DNA of 64,000 nucleotides from Octopus sinensis. Taxonomy: Eukaryota. Positions 22,667 through 34,690 of the stretch are shown piece after piece; the stretch's first letter is position 1; every line of letters begins with the position of its first letter. The translations under genes and the position numbers were made by a program. A model generated the notes under the pieces. The model saw nothing but the letters and a program-made list of their open reading frames with translations, did not search any database and was not told the DNA's origin. The stretch spans positions 57,846,001 to 57,910,000 of the forward strand of contig NC_043008.1 in NCBI RefSeq assembly GCF_006345805.1, read 5' to 3'.

Positions 22667-23076
22667 GGATCTTTTCGGTTTGAACGGCAGTTATTTCTAG
22701 TGGTGTCATATGAAATTGTCACCCATAATTATGACCCTAGTATCGATCTATTGCATTTCAATCTGTTTTAGGGTTAGGGGTGGGGGGAAGGGTATTTTTT
22801 TTTCTTCAGAAATGTAAATAAACCCAATCTGTTTCTTAAACGAGGGACATATTCATACGGCACAGAATGTTTTCACCTCAATAGACGTCATTGATTGGTT
22901 GAAATTGCAGAAATTGAAGAAAAAAATAGCAAATATCTTACAAACTATAGAATTTTCTCAATAAAACCAAGAGAAAAAGATGTTTTATAAACACATTCTA
23001 CCAGTATACGAAGTTTAAAAGTGTTTAGTTACGTGGAAATTATTTTAAAAAATTGCCGTTCAAACCGAAAAGATCC
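22667..23076. mobile_element. MITE M1
   Basis: TIRs; 8-bp TSD AAAAAGTC. Confidence 0.9.
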
Positions 23077-23624
23077 AAAAAGTCTTCAAGACGGTGCTCC
23101 AGTATAGCCACAGCCTAATGGCTGAAACAAGTAGACTATAAAAAAATAGAAATCTATCTTTTTTTCTCCCTTCTGTCTATCATAGCAACACTTTGTCATA
23201 GTGTCTTGTCCTTAGTAAAACTGTTTCTTTCTTTCTATTTGAATTTGTTTCGTGTGGTAGCTGCAAAAGAAAAAAAAAGGTATGTAAAATTCAATTATAT
23301 TAACGCATATACTGATAAAATCAGATAAGTGTTAATCTTGTTTTTCTCATAATGTAATTTTTATGTCGTATAGAAGAAAAAATGTTCTTACAGACAGACA
23401 AAAGTACGAAAGAAAAAATGATAATGGAAGGAAAAAAAAAGTCACTTTAGTAGGGAAAAGTATGATAAAGGAAAGGGCTAAGAATTTTTAAGTAAAAGAT
23501 GCGAGTTACAAGTTTTTCAGAATGTGGAATACAATAGAATGACAAAAAATAACAACAAAAAATCAACCCACCCCCGCTCAAACCCGAAACTAAACAAATT
23601 TTAGTGGTGGGTACTGTTGCAAAT

Positions 23625-23928
23625 GTGGAGGCACATGGCCTAGTGGTTAGAATAGCAGACTCGTGGTCGAGGGATTGCGGGTTTGAATCTCAGACCGGGC
23701 GATGTGTGTGTTTATGAGTGAAACGCCTAAGCTCCACGCGGCTCCAGCAGAAGGTAATGGCAAACTTCTGCTGACTCTTTCGCCACAACTTTCTCTCACT
23801 CTTTCCTCCTGCATCTTGCAGCTCACCTGCGATGGACAGGCGTCCGGTCCAGGTGGGGAACCTATACGCCAAGGAAACTGGGAAACCAGCCCTAATGAGC
23901 CAGGCATGGCTCGAGAAGGAACAAAAAA
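23625..23928 (+). mobile_element. SINE family S3 (tRNA-derived head GGAGGCGCA.TGGCCTAGTGGTTAG..GGTTCGA.TC)
   Basis: Copies at 28823-29108 and 60453-60770 (-); related subfamily at 30217-30388 (+) and 19455-19645 (-); further relatives at 8300-8760. Confidence 0.85.
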
Positions 23929-24399
23929 CTGTTGCGAATGCCATGATGATCATGGTGATGAATGATGCAGGTGATGGGAGGTGGAGGTGCAGTCAGAAAT
24001 TCTTTAAGAAATTGTGAAAATTCTGACAAAGAACGGAGAATTTCCAATTTCTGTGGGATAGTTATTCTGAAAGTCTACCCTTTTTGGTAATCCTTTGGGA
24101 CTGATACATGACATCGTTCGGCTACACAACCTTCCCTCATGACATAGATAAAAAGGCTAGGTTGAAAAAGAGGCTGAATGACGCCGTCTCCTCATACCGA
24201 CACACTGGAAACCAATACTCCCACCTCCTTTTCTTTATCATTGACTCTGAAAGAATGAAAAGCAAGATAGCAGACATTGGAGGGGTCTGAAACCAGAGTG
24301 TCAAGAATCAGAACAAAAACTGCTTGGCATTTTATTCCACGTTCTAATGACTCTGCTAATGCGTCACCTTTGTAAAGATTCCCATATGGCCATAAGCTA

Positions 24400-24616
24400 C
24401 AAGGGGTTGCTGAAAGGTTCCTGGCTTTGGATAAATGAAAATACAGGAGGATCAGTTAATTATGATTTTATTCAATATATTCCCCTCTCAGATTCACACA
24501 CTTATTGTAGCAGTCATTCAGTTTTCCTAAGCCCTGTAAAAGAACTCAGAAGGTTGGGTCTCCAACTAGGCCTTTCATGAGACCCTTAAAGCCAGGAACT
24601 TTTTAGCACACCTTCG
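24400..24616. mobile_element. mariner-derived MITE (TA TSD)
   Basis: TA|CAAGGGGTTGCTGAAAGGTTCCTGGCTTT ... AAAGCCAGGAACTTTTTAGCACACCTTCG|TA. A second copy in the opposite orientation lies at 29215-29420. Confidence 0.8.
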
Positions 24617-24804
24617 TATCACACTAAATGGGTCCTTGCTATTGGATGTAAAAAAAAGGCAAGTAAAAACTTACAAAATAGGAAATACTTATGTTTATCT
24701 AAAATGTGTGATCTGGTCCCTATGTAAGGGTTAGGGTCGAAGAATGAAAGTGGGATGTGATAGTTTCATTTGAGACAAAAAAGTCAAATTTGAAATGTTA
24801 CCTG

Positions 24805-25918
24805 TAATAGGAGGTATGTTCAAAATGTATCCAACCTATGAGCTTGAAAAAAATTTTTTGTACATTTCACAAATTTTATTTAATCACCCTTAAAACATTC
24901 CCTTTGAGAGTTCACACACTTCTCCCAGCGGTTCTGCCATTGTTGGTAAGACCTCTGGAACGCCTTCTCTAGAATGCTATTTAATCGCCCTTAAAATACT
25001 CCCTTTGAGAGTTCACACACTTCTCCCAGCGGTTCTGCCATTGTTGGTAAGACCTCTGGAATGCCTTCTCTAGAATGCTATGGAGTTCTGTAGTGACATT
25101 TCTCATAATTTCCTCTCGCGACTCAAATCGCTTCCCTTTCAGCATGGTTTTCAGTTTGAGAAAGAGTCACAAATCACACGGTGCTGAGTTGGGAAAGTAG
25201 GGAGCATGTTGAACAAGTGGTGTGTTGTTCTTGACCAGGAAAGCTTGGATTAAGTGGGAGGGGGGGGAATAAGCAAGTGCATTGTTGTGGTGAAGTTGTC
25301 AGTTCTTCGCCGTCCACATGTCTGACCGCTTTCAAAGCATAGCATCCTGAAGGCAACATATAACCTCCAGGAACCATACTTTATTGATTGTTTGGTCTTG
25401 TGGTGCGGATACGTATTCATGATGCACAATACCACGGGAGTCAAAGAAACAGGTCAACATTATCTTTGCATTGCTTTGAACCAGTCGTGCTACTTTGGGT
25501 CTTGGTGACGACAGATGCTTCCATTGGGAGGACTGGAACTTGGTTTCTGGGTTGTAACCATAGTAATGATGGTCTTCATGAGGTCTGGGTCATGGTTTGC
25601 ACAATCTGGTATATCCTGCGGAATTGCTTCTGCTGCTCTACCAGCACCTTGGGGACTAATTTCCCTGACACTTTCCGTATGTACAGATCCTTCGTTAAAA
25701 TGGAATGCACAGATCTCGTGCTTATTTCCACTTCATGGCCAATTTCCTGGATTGTTACACAATTGCCTTCCATAACTATTCGCCAAACATTCTCAATCAG
25801 CTCCTCGTTTCAGTTTGTGGATAGTCTGTCTGAGCTCTCCACTGAGGTGCAGCCATGTTTGAAGCAGTTGTGCCGCTCCTTGATCTGAGCCTTGTCCGTG
25901 GTATCGTCACCAAAGGCC
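24805..25918 (-). pseudogene. mariner transposase pseudogene, 5' end replaced by a MITE
   Basis: AFGDD..QIKE..FK.G.TSVES; TIQEI..EVEIS..SVHSILT.DL..RKVS.KLVPKVL..QQK; C-terminus RFES.EEI..QQWQNRWEKCVNSQREYFKGD*. A TIR-like end lies at about 24805-24835. Frameshifts are present, plus a 101-bp tandem duplication (24878-25079). Confidence 0.9.
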
Positions 25919-27638
25919 AGATCTTTACCTTTTGATCTACAGATTTAAAAAATTAATTTTGTAGCTAAACACTTTCAAACGTTGGATACTGGTAGAATGT
26001 GTCATATAAAACATCTTTTACTCTCTTTACTCTTTTACTTGTTTCAGTCATTTGACTGCGGCCATGTGGGAGCACCGCCTTTAGTCGAGCAAATCGACCC
26101 CGGGACTTATTCTTTGTAAGCCCAGTACTTATTCTATCGGTCTCTTTTTGCTGAACCGCTAAGTGACAGGGACGTAAACACACCAGCATCGGTTGTCAAG
26201 CAATGCTAGGGGGACAAACACATATATATATATATATATATACGACAGGCTTCTTTCAGTTTCCGTCTACCAAATCCACTCACAAGGCATTGGTCGGCCC
26301 AGGGCTATAGCAGAAGAGACTTGCCCAAGATGCCACGCAGTGGGACTGAACCCGGAACCATGTGGTTGGTAAGCAAGCTACTTACCACACATCCACTCCT
26401 GCGCCTGTTAGCATTTTTGAGAAAAACTTATATTTACAAAGTTCTTTCACGTTAAAGTTGTCCTGTTTCGGTAATTTGGTTAAAATTCGAAAAATTAAAC
26501 TACGTTAAACTTACAAATTACAATTTTCTCAAGAAAGTCAAGAGAAAAAAATGTTTTATTTTGACACATTCTACCAGTATACAAAGTTTAAAAGTGTTTA
26601 GTTAACTAGAAATTGTGTTGAAAACTGCTGTTCAAAAGGGAAAGATCCATTTTTTGTGTATGCATGTTTGTGCTTATGTTCATGTATGTATATTTGTGTA
26701 TGGTACATACATACATAAATATACATACACGCACATAAACACAAACATACATAATACATACAAACATACATACAAAAAATACATACCTACACAAAAATAC
26801 ATAAAGATATGCATGCATACATAAAAATACATGAGCATATGCAAACATACATACATACATACATACATACATACATACATACACATACATACACATGGCT
26901 TTTTACGTCTTGACAGACGGTCTAAGCAGTGGAGAATGTCTTAATTAGGTACTCGTAGTCTTCTTCCTGCAGCTTCTCTCAAGGCTGATTCTTCTTATGT
27001 TTGATCATGTTTGCTCAAGTTCTGCTGCAAAATTTTCAAGCAAGGAAGGTGCTGCAGGTTTGCAGTGTGTTGTCTATCTTTGGCATTTTGCTTTGAGCTG
27101 GAAAAAAAAAAAAAAAGAAACAAACAAAAAAAATTTTTACAGAAATTTTTCGTAGACTTTCTCCGAAAGATTGCCATTTATTTTATTTCATTTTAACAAA
27201 GGCGAAAATTCCAAATGACAGACAACTATTTTCCCTGGAACTCAACGAATCTATTGATTTAGTAGGAACTAAGATCAGATTGTAAGATTTGTGCACTTAT
27301 TGATTTACAACAATGATGCTTAGAAGGGACCGTTCAACAGACGATAAAAATACTGGGATATTTATACAATAACTGCAAAGAGTAAGGGTCTTGGATAACA
27401 CAGGAAATCTATTGATTTCTTTACTTTGGAACGAATCCAGAATTTGAAAGGGGAGTGTGTATACCGAAAAGATCCGATTCCAGTTTAAGTGCCTGCATAG
27501 GCGTAGCCATGATCTAAAGTTAGTGGGAGCAAGCTGATAAAAAAATTATGGCATTGTGACACATACCAAACAGTTTTTAACTCATTTGTCTTATAATACA
27601 TGAAATATTTCATTAGTTATAATATACGTAAAATTGTA

Positions 27639-28111
27639 GGATCTTTTCGGTTTGAACGGCAGTTTTTTAAAATAATTTCCACGTAACTAAACACTTTTAA
27701 ACTTTGTATACTGGTAGAATGTGTTTATAAAACATCTTTTTCTCTTGGCTTTATTGAGAAAATTCTATAGTTTGTAAGATATTTGTTGTTTTTTTTCTTC
27801 AATTTCTGCAATTTTAACCTATCAATGATGTCTATTTTAGGTGAAAACATTCTGTGCTGTATGAATATGTCCCTTGTTTAAGAAACAGATTGGGTTTATT
27901 TACATTTCTGAAGAAAAAAAGATGCCCTTTTTCCCTAACCCTAACCCTAACCGTAACCCTAACCAACCCTATCTAACCCTAACTAGCCCTAACTCTAACC
28001 CTAACCCTAAAACAGATTGAAATGCAATAGATCGATACTAGGGTCATAATTATGGGTAACAATTTCATATGACACTGCTAGAAAAAACTGCCGTTCAAAC
28101 CGAAAAGATCC
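27639..28111. mobile_element. MITE M1 with expanded (CCCTAA)n, flanked by a 66-bp direct duplication
   Basis: Both TIRs intact; flanks 27573-27638 and 28112-28177 are identical except for 1 base. Confidence 0.9.
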
Positions 28112-29129
28112 GTTTTTAACTCATTTGTCTTATAATACATGAAATATTTCATTGGTTATAATATACGTAAAATTGTATTTCATATTCTTTAATTTCATGT
28201 TTCAGTGACAATGTTTACTAATGTATGAAACTTATAACTACTGATACAGACAGGTTTGACGTGAAAAAGATAAAACTCCACAGGATCGTCCAGTATCTAG
28301 CGGTTATGACTTCAGGGTTTGTTTTGGTTCTCAAGATGCATGCCCGTCGCTAAGGGGGTGCACTGGATGGTACTTCCCCTTCACTATTCAGTGGTGCATC
28401 CTCAGATTTACAGTGATACACTCATTTCGAAACTCCACTTTAATATGTGACCATCCAGAATTGCCGCACACACTTACACACGCATACATCCTCACATCAA
28501 AGACATTAGCCCTATCCACACACACATGCACGTGCACCTCTGTTTTGGGATCACCAATACTTTATTATCTCCCCTTCTTTCTACCTCTCCTGTCAAAGCT
28601 TTTTTCCCCAACCAGCCGCCATGCCTGACCACTAAATCCACAAGTTTTTTTTAATTCTCTCTGCTTATTTCCTCTTATTCCCTTGTTGAAGAGCATAGGC
28701 TCGAAATGTAGAAGACTTTCTCACTTTCCTGAGTGTCAAACTAATACACCTGCTTGTTGTTCATACACATGTCTTCATCTTTTGTTTTCCTATAATTTCA
28801 ACCATATATATATATATATATATTGTTTGTTCCTTCTTGAGCCATGCCTGGCTCATAAGGCATATAGGTTACCCACCTGGCGTATACGTTCCCCACCTGG
28901 ATGGGATGCTGGTCCCTCGCAGGTGAGCTGCAAGATGCAGGAGGAAAGAGTGAGAGAAATTTGTGGTGAAAGAGTCAGCAGAAGTTCGCCATTACCTTCT
29001 GCTGGAGCCGCGTAGAGCTTTATATACACACACTGACATAGACACACAGATTGCCCAGTCTGAGATTCGAACCTGCGATCCCTCGACCACGAGTCCATGC
29101 ACCTCCACACACATACATATATGTGTGTA

Positions 29130-29165
<36 letters not shown>

Positions 29166-29214
29166 GTGTGTGTGTGTGTGTGTGTGTGTGTATTTATACA
29201 AACACACACATATA

Positions 29215-29420
29215 TGAGGGGATGCTGAAAAGTTCCTGGCTTTAAGGTTATTGTGAAAGGCATGGTTGGAGATCCTGAATTCTTTTATAGGGCTTAGAAA
29301 AACTGAAATATCGCTGCAATTAGTGAATCCGAGAAGGGAATATGTTAAATAAAATCATAATTAACTGATTCTCCTGAATTTTCTTTTACCCAGAGCTAAG
29401 AACATACCAGCACCACCTCG
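29215..29420. mobile_element. mariner-derived MITE, second copy
   Basis: Same TIR (TGAGGGGATGCTGAAAAGTTCCTGGCTTT ... CAGCACCACCTCG); the interior is the reverse complement of 24400-24616. Confidence 0.75.
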
Positions 29421-30569
29421 CATATCCTCATTCCTACTTCTTGACCATTTTATTCCTTCAAACAGTCTTTTATTTTGCTCTTCCAGCTTCACCATTCATT
29501 TCAACTCACATCTGTCGTGAACTAACTTGGAAATCCCAAGTGACAATGTAACCTTCATTTATTTAAGTTATTCTTGGCCTGGGGATTAGCTAAGTTGTGT
29601 ACTGCTCGTTGAGTAATTATTACATCAGAGGATTAGCTAGCTAGTCTGCACTATACCCATTCCATTCCCTCAATTTGGATGTTATATATATATATATATA
29701 TACATATATATAGAATTAAGAGACAGAACCTCCATAAAGTAATTCAATTAATAATGAAAGATATTATCTACAATAAAATATAAATTTAAATATATTGTTA
29801 ATATTGTACTAAAAATTACTATACTAAATAATATACATTAAATCGTCTACGCACGTTTTGTTACGATGTATTTAAATCGACAATATCAAAATTGATAATC
29901 TCAAAAATTGATATTAATATATATATATATATATAGGTTATGAGAGGTAATGGTGTCATTGAGACCCAAAGGTGTCAGGTAATGCTGAATAAGTGCTATA
30001 GATGGACTGCAGTTAAGTTTCAGGTTCAGTGATTACGCGAATAAGGGATTCAACATTGGTCATATGTGTGTATATAAAAATCATTTCGTAATGAGATAAA
30101 AAACCAAGGCTGTGTAGATTTTAGACCATTTATAGATATCTATGAATGTTCTAAAATCTACACAGCATTGGTCTTTTATCTCATTACGAAATAATTTACA
30201 TATATATATATATATATGGAGGCGCAATGGCCTAGTGGTTAGGGCAGCAGACTTGCGGTCGGAGGATCGCGGTTTCGATTCCCAGACCGGGCGTTGTGTG
30301 TGTTTATTGAGCGAAAACACCTAAAAGCTCCACGAGGCTCCGGCAGGGATGGTGGTGGTGATCCCTGCTGTACTCTTTCACCACTCTAAAGGCGGTGCTC
30401 CAGCATGGCCGCAGTCAAATGACTGAAACAAGTACAAAAAAAATAAAATATATATATATATAAATCAAAAACAGAAAACAAAGGATATCGCGGTACACTT
30501 GTTTCAAGCTTTATAAACGACCTGTTCATTACATCAGTGTATAATAGATATAAAAGATGGTTGTGACCG

Positions 30570-30760
30570 CGTGTGTACCGATGGCGATTTTTTTTCCTCT
30601 GTCTTCCCTTCTCTGGATCTTTCTTCTCCTTTGTTTCCGACGAAGAGCTCCGCTCGAAACGTTAAACACTCCTTCTTTCCTGAGCGTCCAATAATACTAT
30701 ATTTGTTCCACGTCCTCGCGTTGTTGTGTTTTTTTTGTGCTTTCTTGTTTGGATTAACTT
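30570..30760 (+). mobile_element. Family B pyrimidine-rich short element ending at (TA)n; copies at 22130-22330 and 37050-37250, relative at 28600-28805
   Basis: Three alignable copies of about 190 bp (..GAAGAGCTCCGCTCGAAACGT..CCTGAGCGTCCAATAA..TTTGGATTAACT). Confidence 0.7.
30632..30668 (+). ncRNA. Minimal hammerhead-like motif (family B); related copies at 37120-37156 and 22190-22225
   Basis: TGTTT | CCGACGA-A | GAGC-TCC-GCTC | GAAA | CG | TT | AAACA. Stem I is 5 bp; stem III is the loopless palindrome ACGT. Confidence 0.55.
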
Positions 30761-30790
30761 TATATATATATATATATATATATAAAATAA

Positions 30791-30827
<37 letters not shown>

Positions 30828-32207
30828 ATATACATATATGTGTGTGTGTTTGTGTTTCAAATTTTGACACAAGGCCAGCAAATTTAAGGGAGGGGTTAAG
30901 TCTATTACATTGACCCCAGTGCTCAACTTTGCTTTCATCCTCAAAAGGACAGAAGCAAAGTTGACCTCGGTGGAATTTGAACTCAGAACATAAGGACAGA
31001 CGAAATATTGCTAAGCATTTTGCTCAGCGTGGTAACAATTCTGCTAGTTCGTTATATACTCTTTACTATTTTACTTGTTTCAGTCATTTGACTGCAGCCA
31101 TGCTAGAGCACCACCTTTAGTCGAGCAAATCGACCCCAGGACTTACTCTTTGTAAGCCCAGTACTTATTCTATCGGTCTCTTTTGCCGAACCGCTAATTT
31201 ACGGGGACGTAAACACACCAGCATCGGTTGTCAAGCAATGCTAGGGGAACAAACACAGACACACTAACATGCACACACACATATATATATATATATATAC
31301 ATATATATGACAGGCTTCTTTCAGTTTCCGTCTACCAAATCCACTCACAAGGCTTTGGTCGGCCCGAGGCTATAGTAGAAGACACTTGCCCAAGGTGCCA
31401 CGCTGTGGGACTGAACCAGGAACCATGTGATTGGTAAGCAAGCTACTTACCACACAGCCACTCCTGCGCCTATATATATGTATATCATCACTTCATTTGA
31501 TAATACCAACGCTGGTTACTTTAAAGTGTAGACTAGCAAACTATAACAGGATATAGCAGTACTGTACTTTACGCATTAAAACTAAATCTTTCCTGCAAAT
31601 GAGTTATGACAAGTCCAGTGTGTATTATTATGATTTGGCATTCATATAATGTTAATTTGTCTTTGTCATCAATTAGTTCATCTAAAGCCTTGTTGCTATT
31701 ATAACAAGTCTGATAAGTAATCATTGTGTAAGTCTGTTTATTGCAGCCTCTCTCTGTTTCTGTCTGCTGTATCCAGCCAAGTAATACTATAGTGTATTAT
31801 CGCAAATGCCTTTGCTACTCTGAACATTTATTCAACCTCACAGAAAAGCTATTCCTCCATTGAGCTCACAGTCATGCTTCCAAGCATCATTCACATCAGT
31901 GGTTATCATAAAGAAAGGCTGTGAGGTTTGAAAAAAAGGGGCAGACAAATTTCCAAATTTAATAGAACTAAGACTTTTCTAGCCATAATTTTAAGAAATC
32001 AGGGGGCCTATATTTAGAGAAGCATTTCATGGATGCAAACTCTAATTCATTTTCTCTTGGGACGATCAAAACGTTTCACATATATTTTATGTGGTGGAGA
32101 ACGGTGAGCTGGCAGAACTGTTAGCAAGCCGGGGAAAATGCTTAGCGGCATTTTGTCCGTCTGTACGTTCTGAGTTCAAATTCAGAGGTCGACTCTTAGT
32201 TCGCTAC

Positions 32208-32253
32208 CCTGGACTGATAACGAGCAAGACCCAGAAACATGCATGTCTTCAGG
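32208..32253 (+). ncRNA. Type I hammerhead motif, diverged family C copy (probably decayed)
   Basis: CCTGGA | CTGATAA | cgagcaagaccca | GAAA | CATGCATG | TC | TTCAGG. The flanks align with 36645-37030. Confidence 0.65.
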
Positions 32254-33513
32254 TTGCTAGTCCTAGCTGGTGGGGGTATTTGACTCCCCTTCACAAATAT
32301 AAGGACACAGCAAATGTGTCAGAGCCAACAGGAAGCGTCGATGTTTCCTAGGGCTATATAACGGTGGTGTAATTCCCTTTACGGGATTGTCACGTTATGT
32401 TGACTTTATACAACCACTCTATTGCTCCACCACCACTCATGTCTCTTTGAGACATTTAGAAATTCAATATTTCTAATTAACTGCAGTGAGTTAACTTGGA
32501 AATCCCAAGTGACAATGTAACCTTCATTTAATTAAGTTATTCTCGGCCTGGGGATTAGCTAAGTTCTGTTACCGCTCGTTGAGTAATTATTACATCAGAG
32601 GATCAGCTAGCTTTCATCCTTTCAGGATTGCCTTTCATCCTTTCAGGATTGCCTTTCATCCTTTCGGGGTCGAATATATTAGATACCTATTTCTTTATTA
32701 CCCACAAGGGGCTAAACACAGAGGGGACAAACAAGGACAGACATAGGTATTAAGTCGATTACATCGACCCCAGTGCGTAACTGGTACTTAATTTATCGAC
32801 CCCGAAAGGATGAAAGGCAAAGTTGACCTTGGCGGAATTTGAACTCAGAACGTAACGCAGATGAAATACCGCTAAGCATTTTGCCTGGCGTGCTAACGTT
32901 TCTGCCAGCTTGCCGCCTTGAATATATTAGATACCAGTTAATCACTGGGGTCAATGCAATCGGCTTACTCCTTACCTCCGAAGTTTCTAGTCTTGTACTA
33001 AAATTTGAAACTAATATTTTTTGCTGTGGGGGGTTAAGTGAGGGTGCTATGAACCAGTTTGAAGATCACTGGTTCACGTGGTTATCAGGTAGAATCACAT
33101 GACACAGCAAGTATACCCCATTCCAAACAAAGCAGAGTGGCCAACTAGCAGAATCATTATCAAGTCGGACAAAATGTTTAACAACATTTCTTCCAGCTTT
33201 GCATTCCATGTTCGAATGCCGTCGAGGTCGAATTTGTGTTTCATCCATTCGGGGACGATAAAAGAAGTACCCGTTGAGTAGTGGGGTCGATGTAATCAAC
33301 TTATATATCTCTCCACAAAATAGCTAGCCTCGTGTCAAATTTGGAAAGAATTATAGAGAGGACAGATCAGAAATGAAACTTTATAACATCATGCATCGAA
33401 TTCACAAATAAACAGATGATATAGCTTATTGCTGTACTATGTTGCACACAGTTGTATAAATAATGTCATATTAGCAATTGTGTGATTTAACATGAATAAA
33501 AAAAAAAATTATC

Positions 33514-33876
33514 TAGGTGCAGGAGTGGCTGTATGGTAAGTAAGCTTGCTTACCAACCACATGGTTCCAGGTTCATTCCCACTGCGTGGCACCTTGGACA
33601 AGTGTCTTCTACTATAGCCTCGGGCCGACCAAAGCCTTGTGAGTGGATTTGGTAGATGGAAACTGAAAGAAGCCTGTCGTATATATGTATGTGTTTGTTC
33701 CTCCCCCCATCATCACTTGACAACCAATGGTGGTGTGTTTACGTCCCCGTAACTTAGCAGTTTGGCAAAAGAGACCAATAGAATAAGTACTAGGCTTCCA
33801 AAGAATAAGTCCTGGGGTCGATTTGCTCCAGCATGGCAGCAGTCAAATGACTGAAACAAGTAAAAGAGTAAAGAGT
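33514..33876 (+). mobile_element. SINE family S2 (tRNA-like head GGAGTGGCTGTGTGGTAAG..GGTTCAGTCCC, internal microsatellite, tail GAAACAAGTAAAAGAG)
   Basis: Copies at 26025-26406, 31057-31472, 35822-36257, 7150-7435, 51270-51680 and 60083-60330 (-); 48220-48605 and 60905-61286 (+). Confidence 0.85.
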
Positions 33877-34629
33877 ATTATTTGTTGTCGTGTAGCACCA
33901 AATCTCTTCTTTCAAAAATGAATTATAGAAATATATAAATCAGCCCCTGTAATTAGTATTTTATTGATTTCAGAGGGATTTTGTAATCCGTTAGTCAGTA
34001 AGAAAGGGCAGTTCCTATAACCGTTTACAACAGTGATTCCCAACTGGAGCACATGCCCCCACTGGTGGGGCCTGGGAAAATTGTGGTGGGGCATGGATTC
34101 CAAAATGTTTTCTTTTTGAAAAATGAGTTCGCAAGAAGCAGTTGATCCCTTTGCCCCCCCCCCCATCTCGCCCCTATTAGAACTAGCTAAGTCACTGAGA
34201 GAGCTTTGTAGTTAGAACTTAGTTTATATACACTCCAGGAACAAAAAACGAAATTCAAGCTTGTCAAGATTTTGAACTCAGAATTTAATAATAAAATGTG
34301 ATAGAGAAATTAGATATTGGAAGGTAGCGATTCCTAAAGTAGATTCCATAAATTATAGAATATCCTCTACACACAATAAATAAATAAATAATCTGGGATT
34401 ATTAATAATAATCTGGGAGTACATGTGTGTAAGGAATTTCGTCGAAAAAAACTCAGAAAAAGCATGAATAGCAAGCTAAAAAATAGTCTTTATGCCTTTG
34501 CACCAAATGGAGAAAACAAAAAGTTAGTTTATCGATACATTATCAATTGATCCAAATAATGCCGAGGTGGAAATCCATGCCACCATCTCTTCAGTTATCC
34601 GGCCATCGGAAAAAAAAAATCCATGGCCA

Positions 34630-34690
34630 GATAACTGAAGAGATGGTGGCATGGATTTCCACCTCGGCATCCGAAACTCAGAGTTTTATC
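34630..34690 (+). ncRNA. Type I hammerhead ribozyme motif (family A)
   Basis: GATAA | CTGAAGA | stem II | GAAA | CT-CAG-AG | TT | TTATC. Canonical core, 5-bp stem I, GUU triplet. Confidence 0.75.

Noticed and set aside
23625-23700. tRNA-like sequences at SINE heads (also 30217 and 33514)
   Set aside because: They continue into SINE bodies and lack a proper acceptor stem, so they are not tRNA genes.
27200-27475. FSLELNESIDL resembling hAT FSLxxDESTD, ending in a lone ACCGAAAAGATCC TIR fragment
   Set aside because: Only one motif; the following frames do not give convincing transposase sequence.
27934-28008. (CCCTAA)n as a true telomere or chromosome-fusion site (also 39133-39222 and 16999-17033)
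   Set aside because: Every tract lies inside a MITE.
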